The position numbers and the translations under genes are program-made. A stretch of DNA of 64,000 nt from a virus, in IMG/VR virus record IMGVR_UViG_3300022924_000018, positions 12,637-76,636 of that record; one strand, written 5' to 3'. Shown one piece after another: positions 51,788-61,876 of this stretch. A model generated the notes under the pieces. The model did not search any database and was not told the DNA's origin. It saw only the letters and a program-made list of their open reading frames with translations. Numbering within the stretch: position 1 is the first letter of the stretch; each line of letters starts with the position of its first letter.

Positions 51788-52380
51788 TTCAACTAAGCAT
51801 ATTGATACCTTCAATACCATCACGAATAAATAAAGCAACAGAGTTATATAATAAGCTTTCCTGTATGTCGGAAAATATGCATGTAGAAATAATAATGCTT
51901 ACCGATAATAAAATTATGAGCATTGGAGAGAAGCAAAATAAATTAAAGGACTGTGTACATGGTAAATATTTTTGTTTTATACATGATGATGATGAACTTT
52001 TAGAACTACAGGATATTTATGAATCTACATTTTTAGACGTAGACGTTATTACGTTCAAGGCTCAATGTTTTAATGATGATGGTAGTAAATATATTGTTAC
52101 TCAAAGACTAGGGAATAAAGTTGAACACAAAACATTAAAAGGAAGATATGTGGATTGTAAGAGACCACCATTCCCTAATTGCTTATGGCATAATAAATTT
52201 AAGAAATTTGATTTCCCTCACATAAGTTATTCAGAAGATTGGGAATGGGTAAAACAATGCCTTACAGAAGCTAAGACAGAGCATTTCATTGATGAGGTGC
52301 TATTCTCATACAATTTCAATCCTGAACTAACGGAAGCATCAACAGAAACTAATGAATATTGGAACAACCCTAATGGATAA
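51784..52380 (+). CDS. Glycosyltransferase, GT2-like
   Basis: LSILIPSI, GKYFCFIHDDD, SEDWEW. Confidence 0.85.
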   Translation: MIQLSILIPSIPSRINKATELYNKLSCMSENMHVEIIMLTDNKIMSIGEKQNKLKDCVHGKYFCFIHDDDELLELQDIYESTFLDVDVITFKAQCFNDDGSKYIVTQRLGNKVEHKTLKGRYVDCKRPPFPNCLWHNKFKKFDFPHISYSEDWEWVKQCLTEAKTEHFIDEVLFSYNFNPELTEASTETNEYWNNPNG

Positions 52381-52987
52381 ATGCATAATAAATGTTTCTA
52401 CCAAAAAGTATTGGAAAGGACAAGAACGACTATTAAGGACTTTAGAAAATAATACTGATGCAGATGTTCTGATGTTTAAGAGAGAGTCAGATGTGGGTGC
52501 ATTACCTCACAAAGATTCTATGTATGGTTTTAAGCCTATGGCATTTAAAAAGGCTTATGAAATGGGATATAAAACAGTCCTTTGGTTAGATGCTTCCATG
52601 TGCGTTATAAAGGATTTAAAACCTATATTCGACGCCATAGAAAAAGACGGTTACTATTTTCAAGATAGCGGGTGGATGAACGAAAGGTTTACAACCCATG
52701 AACAAAAAGAGCATTTTGGCACAAACGAAGGTAGAATGATTTCGTCAGGAGTTTTAGGATTAGAATTATCAAATTTTTACGGTCATAGTTTTTATAGACA
52801 ATGGATTACATCTATGCAGGCCGGTATGTTTAATGGGTCTCACGATGTTACTAGACACGACCAATCCGCAGCAAGCCTTATTATTGAAAAAATGAAATTG
52901 AAAATATCGGAAAACAACACGCTATGGAATTACGGTAAAGAACCTTTCCATGAGAATATAGTAATCCTAGCTGATGGTATTTGCTAA
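52373..52987 (+). CDS. GT-A nucleotide-diphospho-sugar transferase-like protein
   Basis: YGFKP, VLWLDAS, RHDQS. Confidence 0.7.
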   Translation: MDKCIINVSTKKYWKGQERLLRTLENNTDADVLMFKRESDVGALPHKDSMYGFKPMAFKKAYEMGYKTVLWLDASMCVIKDLKPIFDAIEKDGYYFQDSGWMNERFTTHEQKEHFGTNEGRMISSGVLGLELSNFYGHSFYRQWITSMQAGMFNGSHDVTRHDQSAASLIIEKMKLKISENNTLWNYGKEPFHENIVILADGIC

Positions 52988-53627
52988 CAAATTAAATATG
53001 AAAATGATAAAATATCAGTCACAAAACAACGAAACAAATATTGCCTTAAAATATTTTAAAGGAAGAAAAGGGAATATTCTTGATATAGGGGCAAACACTG
53101 GCTACTTTCTAAGTAACTCTTATGATTTAATTAAAGAGGATTGGTTCGCAGTTCTTGTTGAGCCTAGTAGTGCTTTTGAAGAATTAGAAACTCTATATAA
53201 GGGCAATAAACATGTGGAACTTCACAATATAGCTTTAGGTAAAAAGGATGGTAAATTAAAATTCTATGAATCAGGGGCGCATATCAAGGGAGGAAATGAT
53301 AAAGCATTGGTATCAACAGCAATTCCAAAAGAAATGGAAAGGTGGTCAGAAGTAGATTTTAATGAAACAGAAGTAAATGTAATGAGTGTTACAAGCTTTT
53401 TAGATTGCTATAAAGACAAGAAGTTTAATTATATATCACTCGATGTGGAGGGAATGGAGTGGGAAATATTACAATTAATAAACCTTAAACAAGTGGGGTG
53501 TGAATTTTTATGTGTAGAGTGGAATGGCAATAAAGACTTAGAGAAAAAGTTTACAAGTCATTGTGGTAAATATGGTTTAAAAGAAATAAGCAGAAATGCA
53601 GAAAACTTAATATTCGCTATTCCATAA
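52974..53627 (+). CDS. FkbM-family SAM-dependent methyltransferase
   Basis: LDIGANTG, LVEP, ISLDVEGMEWEIL. Confidence 0.9.
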   Translation: MVFANKLNMKMIKYQSQNNETNIALKYFKGRKGNILDIGANTGYFLSNSYDLIKEDWFAVLVEPSSAFEELETLYKGNKHVELHNIALGKKDGKLKFYESGAHIKGGNDKALVSTAIPKEMERWSEVDFNETEVNVMSVTSFLDCYKDKKFNYISLDVEGMEWEILQLINLKQVGCEFLCVEWNGNKDLEKKFTSHCGKYGLKEISRNAENLIFAIP

Positions 53628-54198
53628 TGCCATAACTCCTTCTATCAGCAATTGCAATTACAAGTGGAACAAAATTAAGTTTCACTTTTTTTGTTATAGC
53701 CTTTATCCAATTGAAGTCCGCAGCAGAAACACTACCATCAAAGTCCGCAATATCCTTACAAGAGTGATGAAGTACAATACAAGGCATACCTATCTTAGAA
53801 CGCCTAACTATTTTACTATTTATAAACTCATTAGAAGGCTTTAAACGACCATTACGACTAAATTGACATATAACACCGTAATGATTTTTAAGCGCCTTAC
53901 AAAGCTTCTCTAAGCAATTATTAGAAGCTAATACTTCATCATCATCTATGAACATAAAGAAACCATTATTAACTTGAGATTTTAATTCGTTGCAATACTC
54001 ATCATAGAAGAAAGGCTTAGATAAATCCTTATAAACCCTTATTTTATTAACTTCTTCGGGGATATAAGACAATGCCCGTTCATCATCATAGCTAACAACA
54101 ATATTTATATTTTTATGCGTTTGATTGTAAATGGAGTCTAAAAGTCTTTTGAAAAGTACAGGACGATGTGATGTTCTCAATAGTAAGTTAATTAGCAT
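53617..54198 (-). CDS. Glycosyltransferase, GT2-like (inverted orientation)
   Basis: LLRTSHRP, DSIYNQT, FMFIDDD. Confidence 0.8.
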   Translation of the reverse strand: MLINLLLRTSHRPVLFKRLLDSIYNQTHKNINIVVSYDDERALSYIPEEVNKIRVYKDLSKPFFYDEYCNELKSQVNNGFFMFIDDDEVLASNNCLEKLCKALKNHYGVICQFSRNGRLKPSNEFINSKIVRRSKIGMPCIVLHHSCKDIADFDGSVSAADFNWIKAITKKVKLNFVPLVIAIADRRSYGIME

Positions 54199-54214
54199 AA
54201 TTACTTTTTATTTT

Positions 54215-54231
54215 CAAAAGTAGTACATTTG
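54215..54231. promoter_or_regulatory. Back-to-back -7 elements: TACTTTTG (-) and TACATTTG (+)
   Basis: caaaagta-g-tacatttg between the inverted GT and the portal gene. Confidence 0.6.
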
Positions 54232-54249
54232 GTTAAAAAATATTCAAGC

Positions 54250-56730
54250 ATGGCACAAAAATATCTGCAACCTTCGCAATATGTAGGGCAAACTTTTAAA
54301 AATCCATATCCAACAGACAGTTCATTTGATAGCCGATTAAAAAAAGAGAAAGATTATTTCTTAGCTTTTAACAATGCTTTTTTTTGTGACTATGCTAGTA
54401 ATTATTGTTATGTGCCATTTGAGTTTGGCGCTAAGAGAAGTTTTCAGGAACTCCGAGCTTATGCTACAGGTCAACAGTCAGCTAACAAGATTAAAGAAAA
54501 CCTTATTGGTGCTAAGAAGAAAAACAGAGATGGTAAGTTCATCACCAAAATGAATGTTTCGTTCGACACCTACTACAAGCTTCCTCAAATGTTCGATGTA
54601 ATGAGGGAGAAGAATATGAGTCAGGAATACGATATTTCAGTCAGTTGTATTGATGATGATAGTATCGCAGCTAAAGAGGCTGACAAAGCCATGTTGCTTT
54701 ACCTTATTGATGCTAACAACAAAAACTTTATGAAGCAGGTAGGGTTTGTTCCCAACACTCCAATTAACCCCGAAGAAATGGGATTAAGAACTGCTCAAGA
54801 TGTAAAGACCTACTTTGAAATCGGTGGTTATACAATGCACAGAGAAATAGCTTGCCAAGCAGCTTGTCAGAAAAGTAAACTTACCTCCAACTACAAAGTT
54901 ATACAAGACCAAACATTTGATGATTTAATCGTAGCAGGATTATGTGGATGGAAAACCTACATAGAGGCATCAACAAAACTCCCTAAATTTAGAAAAGTAA
55001 ACATCGACAGGGCATTAATACCTTATTCAGAGATGAATGACTTTAGCGACATTACAAGAGCAGGAGAGATAAGGATAATGAGTATAGCGGATATTAGAAA
55101 AGAAAATCCCGACCTTAAAGGCTCTGAATTACTTTACTTAGCTAAATGCTTTGCTTGGATGAACCCACAGTACACGGCAACCATAAACAGCAATTACTAC
55201 AAATACCAATCTCCTTATGATGGCACAAACATTACAAATGCTGATGTTGACCCTGTAAGCAGAGTAAAAATAATGGTATTAGACTCTCAATGGTTAAGTG
55301 TTGATGTAGAAACGAATCTTAAAAACGTTACAGGTAATGGACACAACAGGTTTAAAGAAATACCTTTCGATTATGAAGTAGATAAAAAATCTGCAAAGAG
55401 TGGGGATAAAAAAATACAGAAGAATGTAATCAGGAAATATTATTCAAGTTGGATTATAGGTACTGATATGTTTTTAGATTACGGTGTTTGTAAGGATGTA
55501 GTTTACTACGGTGTAGACGGAAACAAAACGCCAAAATTAGATTTCTTCTTTGCTAAAACGGGTAATGCAAGTTTAGTAGAAAGAGCAGTAGCTATTGTTG
55601 ATGATATTGATATGGCGATTGTTAAACAGAGAAATGCACTTGCAACTATACCTGCTGCTCCGGGTCTTGCTATTCAAAAAGACTTGCTTGAGAATGTATT
55701 TTTAAACGGTATTTTACAACAACCAGACGATATATTACAAGGGTTACAAGAGAGAGGTGTGATGTATTATAATGCCTTAGACGATCATGGAAAACCTTTG
55801 TATATGAGTGGTGGTCAGAAACCAATTGAATACTTAGATGTAACTAAAATAGCAGGCATATTAGCTGTTTACGGTAATCATATCGCAGAGAAAGTAAATG
55901 AACTTCGTGAGGTATTGGGAATGCAGAACGGAGCAGATGCAGGTGGTACAAGCGCTTATCAGGGATTAGGACAAACTAAACTAGCTTTCCAAGCAGCAAA
56001 CGCTTCATTGTACCCTACATTCAATGCCTATAACTATGTATTTAAAGCAGCATTCGAGGACATTATTAAAAAGTGGCAGATCGTAGCAAAGGATGGTGAG
56101 GTAAAAATAAACTATTCATTGTTGGGTAGTAAGAACATGCAGGTATTTAAGCTTGATAAAAACTTCGACAACTACGACTTCAATTTAGAAATAGAAATTG
56201 CACCATCCCAAGAAGAGAAACAAAACTTGCTATCATCAATAGTTCAACAAAAAGCTTTAGGCGATCAAACAGGAGGCGCACAAGGTCTTACAATGAGTGA
56301 ATATCTTTATGTATATCGTAAAGTAATGGCGGGCAATGTTGATGAGGCTATGTATTTAATGGCTCAAATCGAGGCTAAGAAAAAACAAGAACAAGAAGCA
56401 AGTAAGCAAGCGGACATTCAAGCTAATGCACAAGTACAACAACAGTCAGCAGAAACAAAAGGTCAATTAGACCAACAGTTATTAGCAGCTAAAGCGGAAG
56501 CAGATAAACAGCAAGCGTTATTAACAGCATTATTGAAACAGAATGAAATGCTTATTAATCAAATTGTAAGTCCACAAAAACCAGAGGAAATTTCAAAGGA
56601 TGATTTAGCTATCCCCATAGTAGCATTGAATAATGCACAGATAGAGGCTATTGTAGCGCCACAGCCGAGTCAAGAAGAGTTAATGATGCAACAGCAAGCC
56701 CAAGCACAACAAGCGCCTCAAATGGCTTAA
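54250..56730 (+). CDS. Portal protein (crAss-like)
   Basis: ~825 aa; LRAYATGQQ, DLIVAG, VNELREVLG; Q/A-rich coiled C-terminus; synteny TerL-portal-scaffold-MCP. Confidence 0.85.
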   Translation: MAQKYLQPSQYVGQTFKNPYPTDSSFDSRLKKEKDYFLAFNNAFFCDYASNYCYVPFEFGAKRSFQELRAYATGQQSANKIKENLIGAKKKNRDGKFITKMNVSFDTYYKLPQMFDVMREKNMSQEYDISVSCIDDDSIAAKEADKAMLLYLIDANNKNFMKQVGFVPNTPINPEEMGLRTAQDVKTYFEIGGYTMHREIACQAACQKSKLTSNYKVIQDQTFDDLIVAGLCGWKTYIEASTKLPKFRKVNIDRALIPYSEMNDFSDITRAGEIRIMSIADIRKENPDLKGSELLYLAKCFAWMNPQYTATINSNYYKYQSPYDGTNITNADVDPVSRVKIMVLDSQWLSVDVETNLKNVTGNGHNRFKEIPFDYEVDKKSAKSGDKKIQKNVIRKYYSSWIIGTDMFLDYGVCKDVVYYGVDGNKTPKLDFFFAKTGNASLVERAVAIVDDIDMAIVKQRNALATIPAAPGLAIQKDLLENVFLNGILQQPDDILQGLQERGVMYYNALDDHGKPLYMSGGQKPIEYLDVTKIAGILAVYGNHIAEKVNELREVLGMQNGADAGGTSAYQGLGQTKLAFQAANASLYPTFNAYNYVFKAAFEDIIKKWQIVAKDGEVKINYSLLGSKNMQVFKLDKNFDNYDFNLEIEIAPSQEEKQNLLSSIVQQKALGDQTGGAQGLTMSEYLYVYRKVMAGNVDEAMYLMAQIEAKKKQEQEASKQADIQANAQVQQQSAETKGQLDQQLLAAKAEADKQQALLTALLKQNEMLINQIVSPQKPEEISKDDLAIPIVALNNAQIEAIVAPQPSQEELMMQQQAQAQQAPQMA

Positions 56731-56782
56731 TTTGCTTTTTAAATTAAATGGTTATACTTTTGGTTAAGAAAATTGAGAAAAA

Positions 56783-57964
56783 ATGAGTGAAAATAACACA
56801 GTAATGGATTATGCAGCCCAAAGGTTTGCACCCGAACAGACGACAGAACAGACAACGGAAACTGCAATAGTAACCGACACAACTGCCGAAACAACAACGG
56901 ATGCACCTGCTTCAACTGAAATAGTTGATACTACACAGACCCAAGAAACGCAAACTCCACCCGAAACCACTGCTACTACCGACACAGTAGATTACGCTAA
57001 ATTCCTGTCTGAAAATTCAGACGGTCTTTTTACGGATGTAGAAAGCTTTAAATCAGCACTTCCAAAAATAAAGGAGTATGATGAGAAGATTGGCGCTTAT
57101 GACACAATATTGAAGGAAAAGACAGAACTTGAAGAAAAGCTAAAGGTAGACCCTTTTGTAAACGAGTTCACCAAGACCTTAGACTCAATGATACGTGCGG
57201 GCAAGTCAGCAGATGAAATCGAAAACTTCACAAAAATCAGCAGACTTGACTTAGACCAACTTTCAGCAACAGACGCTAAGGTTATGGTAATGGTTAAGAA
57301 TGGTTATAGCGAGGCTATAGCAAGACAGATCGTTGAAAAAGACTTTCCTCTTGATGATTATAATGAAGGCTCAACAGAGCGCAGTATATTAGAAGAACAG
57401 CTACGAGTTAGTTCTTTGCAAGACAGACAAATCCTAAAAGATTACAAAAAAGAGTTAACAGCAGTTGACAATTCAGCACAGGAACAAGCAAACGCACAGT
57501 TAGAGCAAAACAGGTTAGCAGAAATTGCTAATAAAAATGCTCACATACAATCAGTAAAACAGACAGTACCTAAAATAGCGGAAACAATAGTTGGTTTAGG
57601 AGAGATAAACTTAAATGGTAAAGAGGGGGAGGAAGCAGTTAAATTAAATTTTGATTTTAATGCGGACTTCAAATCAAACCTTCCTAAAGCCTTAGAGTCA
57701 TTTTTCCTAGACGGACAGATGGAAGTAAACGAAGAAAACATTGCATTGGCAAAAGGTTACTTAGAAGCAGATTATTTACAAAAGAATAAAGAAGCTATTT
57801 TCCAATCTATCTACAAACACGCAGACGCATTAGCTACTGAAAGAACTGTTAACAAGTATGAGAACCGTACAGGCTTACCTGCTGAAACACTTCCTGCCAA
57901 TACAAGTAATGTAGATAAAGAACGAGCTGATTTCTTGCAAAATATCGTAGCAAAAAAGAGATAA
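56783..57964 (+). CDS. Putative scaffolding protein
   Basis: Acidic/Thr-rich N-terminus, coiled-coil; between portal and MCP. Confidence 0.65.
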   Translation: MSENNTVMDYAAQRFAPEQTTEQTTETAIVTDTTAETTTDAPASTEIVDTTQTQETQTPPETTATTDTVDYAKFLSENSDGLFTDVESFKSALPKIKEYDEKIGAYDTILKEKTELEEKLKVDPFVNEFTKTLDSMIRAGKSADEIENFTKISRLDLDQLSATDAKVMVMVKNGYSEAIARQIVEKDFPLDDYNEGSTERSILEEQLRVSSLQDRQILKDYKKELTAVDNSAQEQANAQLEQNRLAEIANKNAHIQSVKQTVPKIAETIVGLGEINLNGKEGEEAVKLNFDFNADFKSNLPKALESFFLDGQMEVNEENIALAKGYLEADYLQKNKEAIFQSIYKHADALATERTVNKYENRTGLPAETLPANTSNVDKERADFLQNIVAKKR

Positions 57965-57997
57965 TTAATTTAAAAAACTTAAAAAATCAGCAATACA

Positions 57998-59467
57998 ATG
58001 GCAGAAGTTATCAATCAAACCGCCCCAAGTCACGTAGAATCGGCACAAGGAGATGTATTCGTATTAGGTTCAACCCTATTACAAGACAATCCTCAATTAC
58101 TATCGACTTATTTCAAAGAATCAGGCTACCCTCCAACTACCTTGAGCAAGATTAAAATGTTCGGTATGGGTTCGGCTGTAAGAAAAGGTGTAGAAGGGCC
58201 AATTACGGGTCACTACGAAAAACCACGTCCTAAAGATTTATTTACTGTAGGAGAAATTATTTCTGTTGATGACAACGAAATCACAATTGCTTTATCTACA
58301 GATGATATGTTGGTTCAGACTAACAATTCAGTAGGTACAACAATCTTTTCTCGTCCAAGAGTAACAGAAGTTTATCAGGGACAAATCAACGGTAATCAGT
58401 ATCGTATTATTGAAAAAGACCGTACCGTTAATCCACACCAAATTACTTTAGAAGGTAATACAGGCGTTGACCCAGAAGATGACTTCGTAGAAGGAGCAGT
58501 ATTCTCTTGGATTTCAACTTTAAGTGGTGAAGGTACAGGTCAACCAGAGCCATTACGTTCTGTTAGATACAAATACGAAAATACATTCTGGATTGCTAAA
58601 GAAACTGATATTACATCAGGTACTCACTTAACTACATCAGCACCTTTCCAAGTTGTTCCCGGTTCAAACTTAATCTACATGGAGTCACTTCGTGATGCAG
58701 AGATGAGAATGGAGCAACAAAAAGGTCACGTTTGGATGTTCGGTAAAAAAGCAACAGGATGGACTGATTATTCAGACCCATTAAAATCAGAAGTTCCTGT
58801 TACAGGTACACAAGGTTTATTACCTTATGCGTTAGAGAACGGATATGATTTCGAGTATGATTTAACTGATTTTGATGATGCAGATTTGTATGCTTTAGCA
58901 GCGTATTACCACGATATTCGTGTACCATCTACAGAAATTATGTTAATTGAGGGTTACAACTTCAATCAGAAAATCGAGAAATTCTTCTCAACTCGTTATA
59001 ACTACAATTGGGTTATTGGAGTCTCTGACCGTTACATTGCGGAAGGAGTAAGAAATGCTCGTAAATACGATAGTGGCTTCACAGAAGAAGGTATGATGGT
59101 TAATTTAGGCATTACAGGATTCTCATTAGGTAACTTCACGTTCCTACAGACTTCTGCTCCTGAATTAGATTATATCGGAGGTGCAGGTCAAATCGGAGGT
59201 AAAGATTGGGCTATTGGAGTTCCATTCGGTTTCGCAGGAGAGTCAGCAGACAACCGTCCTTTCATTGGTTATGAGTGGAGAGGTACTGATGGTTACTCAA
59301 GAGAGAACGAACTTTGGGTAAATGGTGGTGCAGGAAACGACCGTAGAGTTATTAAGTCATCAGAATTTGATGCACAGAACACTTATATGCGTTCAGAGAT
59401 TGCCCCTCACTTTGCTTTAGGAGAGAACTTTGTAGTAATGCACCCAACAGGTACATCAGCATCATAG
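57998..59467 (+). CDS. Major capsid protein (crAss-like)
   Basis: 489 aa, strongly biased codon usage, GTQGL motif, own terminator; synteny. Confidence 0.85.
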   Translation: MAEVINQTAPSHVESAQGDVFVLGSTLLQDNPQLLSTYFKESGYPPTTLSKIKMFGMGSAVRKGVEGPITGHYEKPRPKDLFTVGEIISVDDNEITIALSTDDMLVQTNNSVGTTIFSRPRVTEVYQGQINGNQYRIIEKDRTVNPHQITLEGNTGVDPEDDFVEGAVFSWISTLSGEGTGQPEPLRSVRYKYENTFWIAKETDITSGTHLTTSAPFQVVPGSNLIYMESLRDAEMRMEQQKGHVWMFGKKATGWTDYSDPLKSEVPVTGTQGLLPYALENGYDFEYDLTDFDDADLYALAAYYHDIRVPSTEIMLIEGYNFNQKIEKFFSTRYNYNWVIGVSDRYIAEGVRNARKYDSGFTEEGMMVNLGITGFSLGNFTFLQTSAPELDYIGGAGQIGGKDWAIGVPFGFAGESADNRPFIGYEWRGTDGYSRENELWVNGGAGNDRRVIKSSEFDAQNTYMRSEIAPHFALGENFVVMHPTGTSAS

Positions 59468-59494
59468 AACTCAATTTTTCTTTGTTTATAATTA

Positions 59495-59530
59495 ATCCCT
59501 ACTTGTGTAATACTTGTAGGGATTTTTATT
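59495..59530 (+). terminator. Terminator after MCP
   Basis: atccctac/gtagggat stem plus T run. Confidence 0.75.
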
Positions 59531-59556
59531 TTAAATACATTTTTGTACATTTGATA

Positions 59557-59736
59557 ATGGCAAAGGAGAAAAAACTGGCAGAATCAATAAGAGTCCTTTT
59601 TGAGGAGGATGATATGAGGTTCATGAATGACTACAAACAAGAGTTTGGTTCTACGTTACAATGGTTCATACAAACTGCTGTAAAAGAGAAAATATTTAAT
59701 ATAAGTGTTAAACAACAATTAGACGAAGAATTATAG
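59557..59736 (+). CDS. Small ribbon-helix-helix-like protein
   Basis: SIRVLF strand then two helices; TACATTTG 3 nt before ATG. Confidence 0.55.
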   Translation: MAKEKKLAESIRVLFEEDDMRFMNDYKQEFGSTLQWFIQTAVKEKIFNISVKQQLDEEL

Positions 59737-59738
59737 AT

Positions 59739-60875
59739 ATGTTATTTGAAAACAGAAAACAGGTTACGGCAAAAGAGATGATGGAGAAATACGCTACATC
59801 AGATGACTTTAAGAAGCTATCAAAGAAACCAAGCTTTGAGGTTACTGCTGACAGAAAAAAGATTGATCGTATTAATGGCGGTGTAATGAAATCTCCTAAA
59901 GGTTTTATGTGGCGTTCACACTTTATGGCCACCGACCCAAAATCAGGTCTTAAAGTAGAGATTAGATATGCTACAAACAACAATACGAAAGTAGTAGGCG
60001 ATAGGGTTATAGATAACTTTGAACCTCGTTATGTAGAAACAAAAGGGGCTACATTTAACTTTCAGAACAACATTGATTTGGGAGTATATCAGTTTTTACA
60101 TCCAAACAACCTATCTTCTCCTTTAAGAGATAAAAACAATAAGGCTAAACCCAAGATTGACTTTATTGATACTAAGAAACGCTCACAAGCTAAAATGGCT
60201 ACGATTGATGCTTTAGCTACAGCAATGAGTCATGCTAAGGATTTAAGTGAAGATAGATTAATTGTTTTAGCAAAAGGATTAGGTATTAAAGGACTTGATA
60301 AGAAAGAGGCAGATGAAGTAAGAGCAGATGTATTGGAGTTCGCTATGAACAATCCTAAAATCTACAATGAGAAGTCTAATACGGAGATGACTTATATTGA
60401 GGGTCGTATTATCAACTTAATCGACAAAGGAGTGGTTAAACTTACAAACGTAGGTAGTACCCGTAGATGGACTTGGATGAGTGGAGAGAGAGAGGGAGAG
60501 CACATCCTAGATATTCAGAATGTAACTCAAGATGCTAAACGTGCTTTAATTAATTATTTCTTTAGTGATATTAACAAGCATATTAACTTATTGAAGGACA
60601 TTAACAACGATATGAGTGCAAGAGCAAAAGCGGAGAGAGATTTAGCAAGAATGGATGAAGGACACGCTCCATTAGGAACGGCGCCTTTAGAAAGAACTAT
60701 TGGAGATGCTTTACCAGAGCATTTAAGAAGCCAAACGACTGTTAATAATGCTCCTGTAGAAGTATTCGTTCCAACACGAGAAGATGCCATAGAGGCTCTA
60801 AAAGAGGCAGGAGAAGTTGAACCTATACATCACAGTAAAATATCTAAGTGGTTGAGAGAAAACGGAGGTGAATAA
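59739..60875 (+). CDS. Conserved virion morphogenesis protein downstream of MCP
   Basis: 378 aa; position typical of crAss-like capsid modules. Confidence 0.55.
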   Translation: MLFENRKQVTAKEMMEKYATSDDFKKLSKKPSFEVTADRKKIDRINGGVMKSPKGFMWRSHFMATDPKSGLKVEIRYATNNNTKVVGDRVIDNFEPRYVETKGATFNFQNNIDLGVYQFLHPNNLSSPLRDKNNKAKPKIDFIDTKKRSQAKMATIDALATAMSHAKDLSEDRLIVLAKGLGIKGLDKKEADEVRADVLEFAMNNPKIYNEKSNTEMTYIEGRIINLIDKGVVKLTNVGSTRRWTWMSGEREGEHILDIQNVTQDAKRALINYFFSDINKHINLLKDINNDMSARAKAERDLARMDEGHAPLGTAPLERTIGDALPEHLRSQTTVNNAPVEVFVPTREDAIEALKEAGEVEPIHHSKISKWLRENGGE

Positions 60876-60896
60876 AGATTGATAAATTGAGTTGTG

Positions 60897-60930
60897 ATGC
60901 CCTATGTCTTAATTGATGTAGGGCATTTTT
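60897..60930 (+). terminator. Intrinsic terminator
   Basis: atgccctat/gtagggcat stem plus T run. Confidence 0.75.
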
Positions 60931-60963
60931 ATTTTAATAAATAAATACGCTACATTTGTTAGC

Positions 60964-61656
60964 ATGATTGAAGTACAACGATTATGGGACAGACTGATGG
61001 CGTTAACTAAAAGTGGCACATCAGGTTACTTTACAGAGGAAGAGTTTAACAGCAACCTTTATTCTGTTCAATATGCTATTCTATCGCTGTTATGCGACAA
61101 CTACGAGAATAATCAAAAAGTATCAGATGCTTTAATCAATCACGTTGTAGAAACTGCTACATTAACTTCATTGGCAGGAGGCAATCTTTTCGCAACAGAT
61201 GTTACAACGGTAATAACTGACTACTATAGAACGTTAGACTTAAAGTACATTAAAACAGGTGTAGAATATCCAAGCATTAAAATAGCCGTAAACGAGGAAA
61301 CAATGTATTTGACAAGTCCTATTAGGAAGCCTGATTTAACCATTAACAGAACATTGTATCTTTTCAAGTCTAACAACATTACAACGCTTCCTAAAACAAC
61401 AGGCAACACTTATGTGCTTACTTACTGTAAGAAGCCTACAGAAGCTAAAATAGCCTTTACAACAGCTACAAATGCTAATAATGACTATTTGGTAATTGAT
61501 ACCGTAAACACAGTGGATATTGATTTTCCAGAGGGATTATTCAACCTTTTCACGTATTATATGTTGGAGAGTTTAGGAATTGAGATGAAGGAGTCAATTC
61601 AGCAAGAATACAGTCAGTTAGGAATTAACAGAACAACACAAACCGATTTAAAATAA
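60964..61656 (+). CDS. Tail ring / tubular protein
   Basis: SGYFTEEEFN, YCKKP, IDFPE; crAss-like synteny. Confidence 0.7.
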   Translation: MIEVQRLWDRLMALTKSGTSGYFTEEEFNSNLYSVQYAILSLLCDNYENNQKVSDALINHVVETATLTSLAGGNLFATDVTTVITDYYRTLDLKYIKTGVEYPSIKIAVNEETMYLTSPIRKPDLTINRTLYLFKSNNITTLPKTTGNTYVLTYCKKPTEAKIAFTTATNANNDYLVIDTVNTVDIDFPEGLFNLFTYYMLESLGIEMKESIQQEYSQLGINRTTQTDLK

Positions 61657-61663
61657 AAAAGCC

Positions 61664-61870
61664 ATGACATTAGCAGAAAAAAGACAAGAGGTATGGGATG
61701 AAATCACCAACCTTTATTCAGCAAACATCCAAATTACTCCTCCACATGAATTTATTCCTAAATTAGGGGCAGGTTCAACAGAAGGATTTATCTCTACACA
61801 GTACAAGACCATTTTAGGTACTAGAACTGACAAAAGAGGTCGTACAATTTACGTTGGTACAAAAGGATAA
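61664..61870 (+). CDS. Hypothetical protein
   Basis: 68 aa within the tail operon. Confidence 0.5.
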   Translation: MTLAEKRQEVWDEITNLYSANIQITPPHEFIPKLGAGSTEGFISTQYKTILGTRTDKRGRTIYVGTKG

Positions 61871-61876
61871 GAAAAC

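Noticed and set aside
53617-54198. Invertible (phase-variable) segment around the reversed GT
   Set aside because: No flanking inverted repeats or invertase seen; the gene has its own promoter
29699-59736. Extended non-ATG starts given for 29699-29995, 37300, 42663, 54229 and 59482
   Set aside because: Extensions run through terminators or promoters; downstream ATGs fit better
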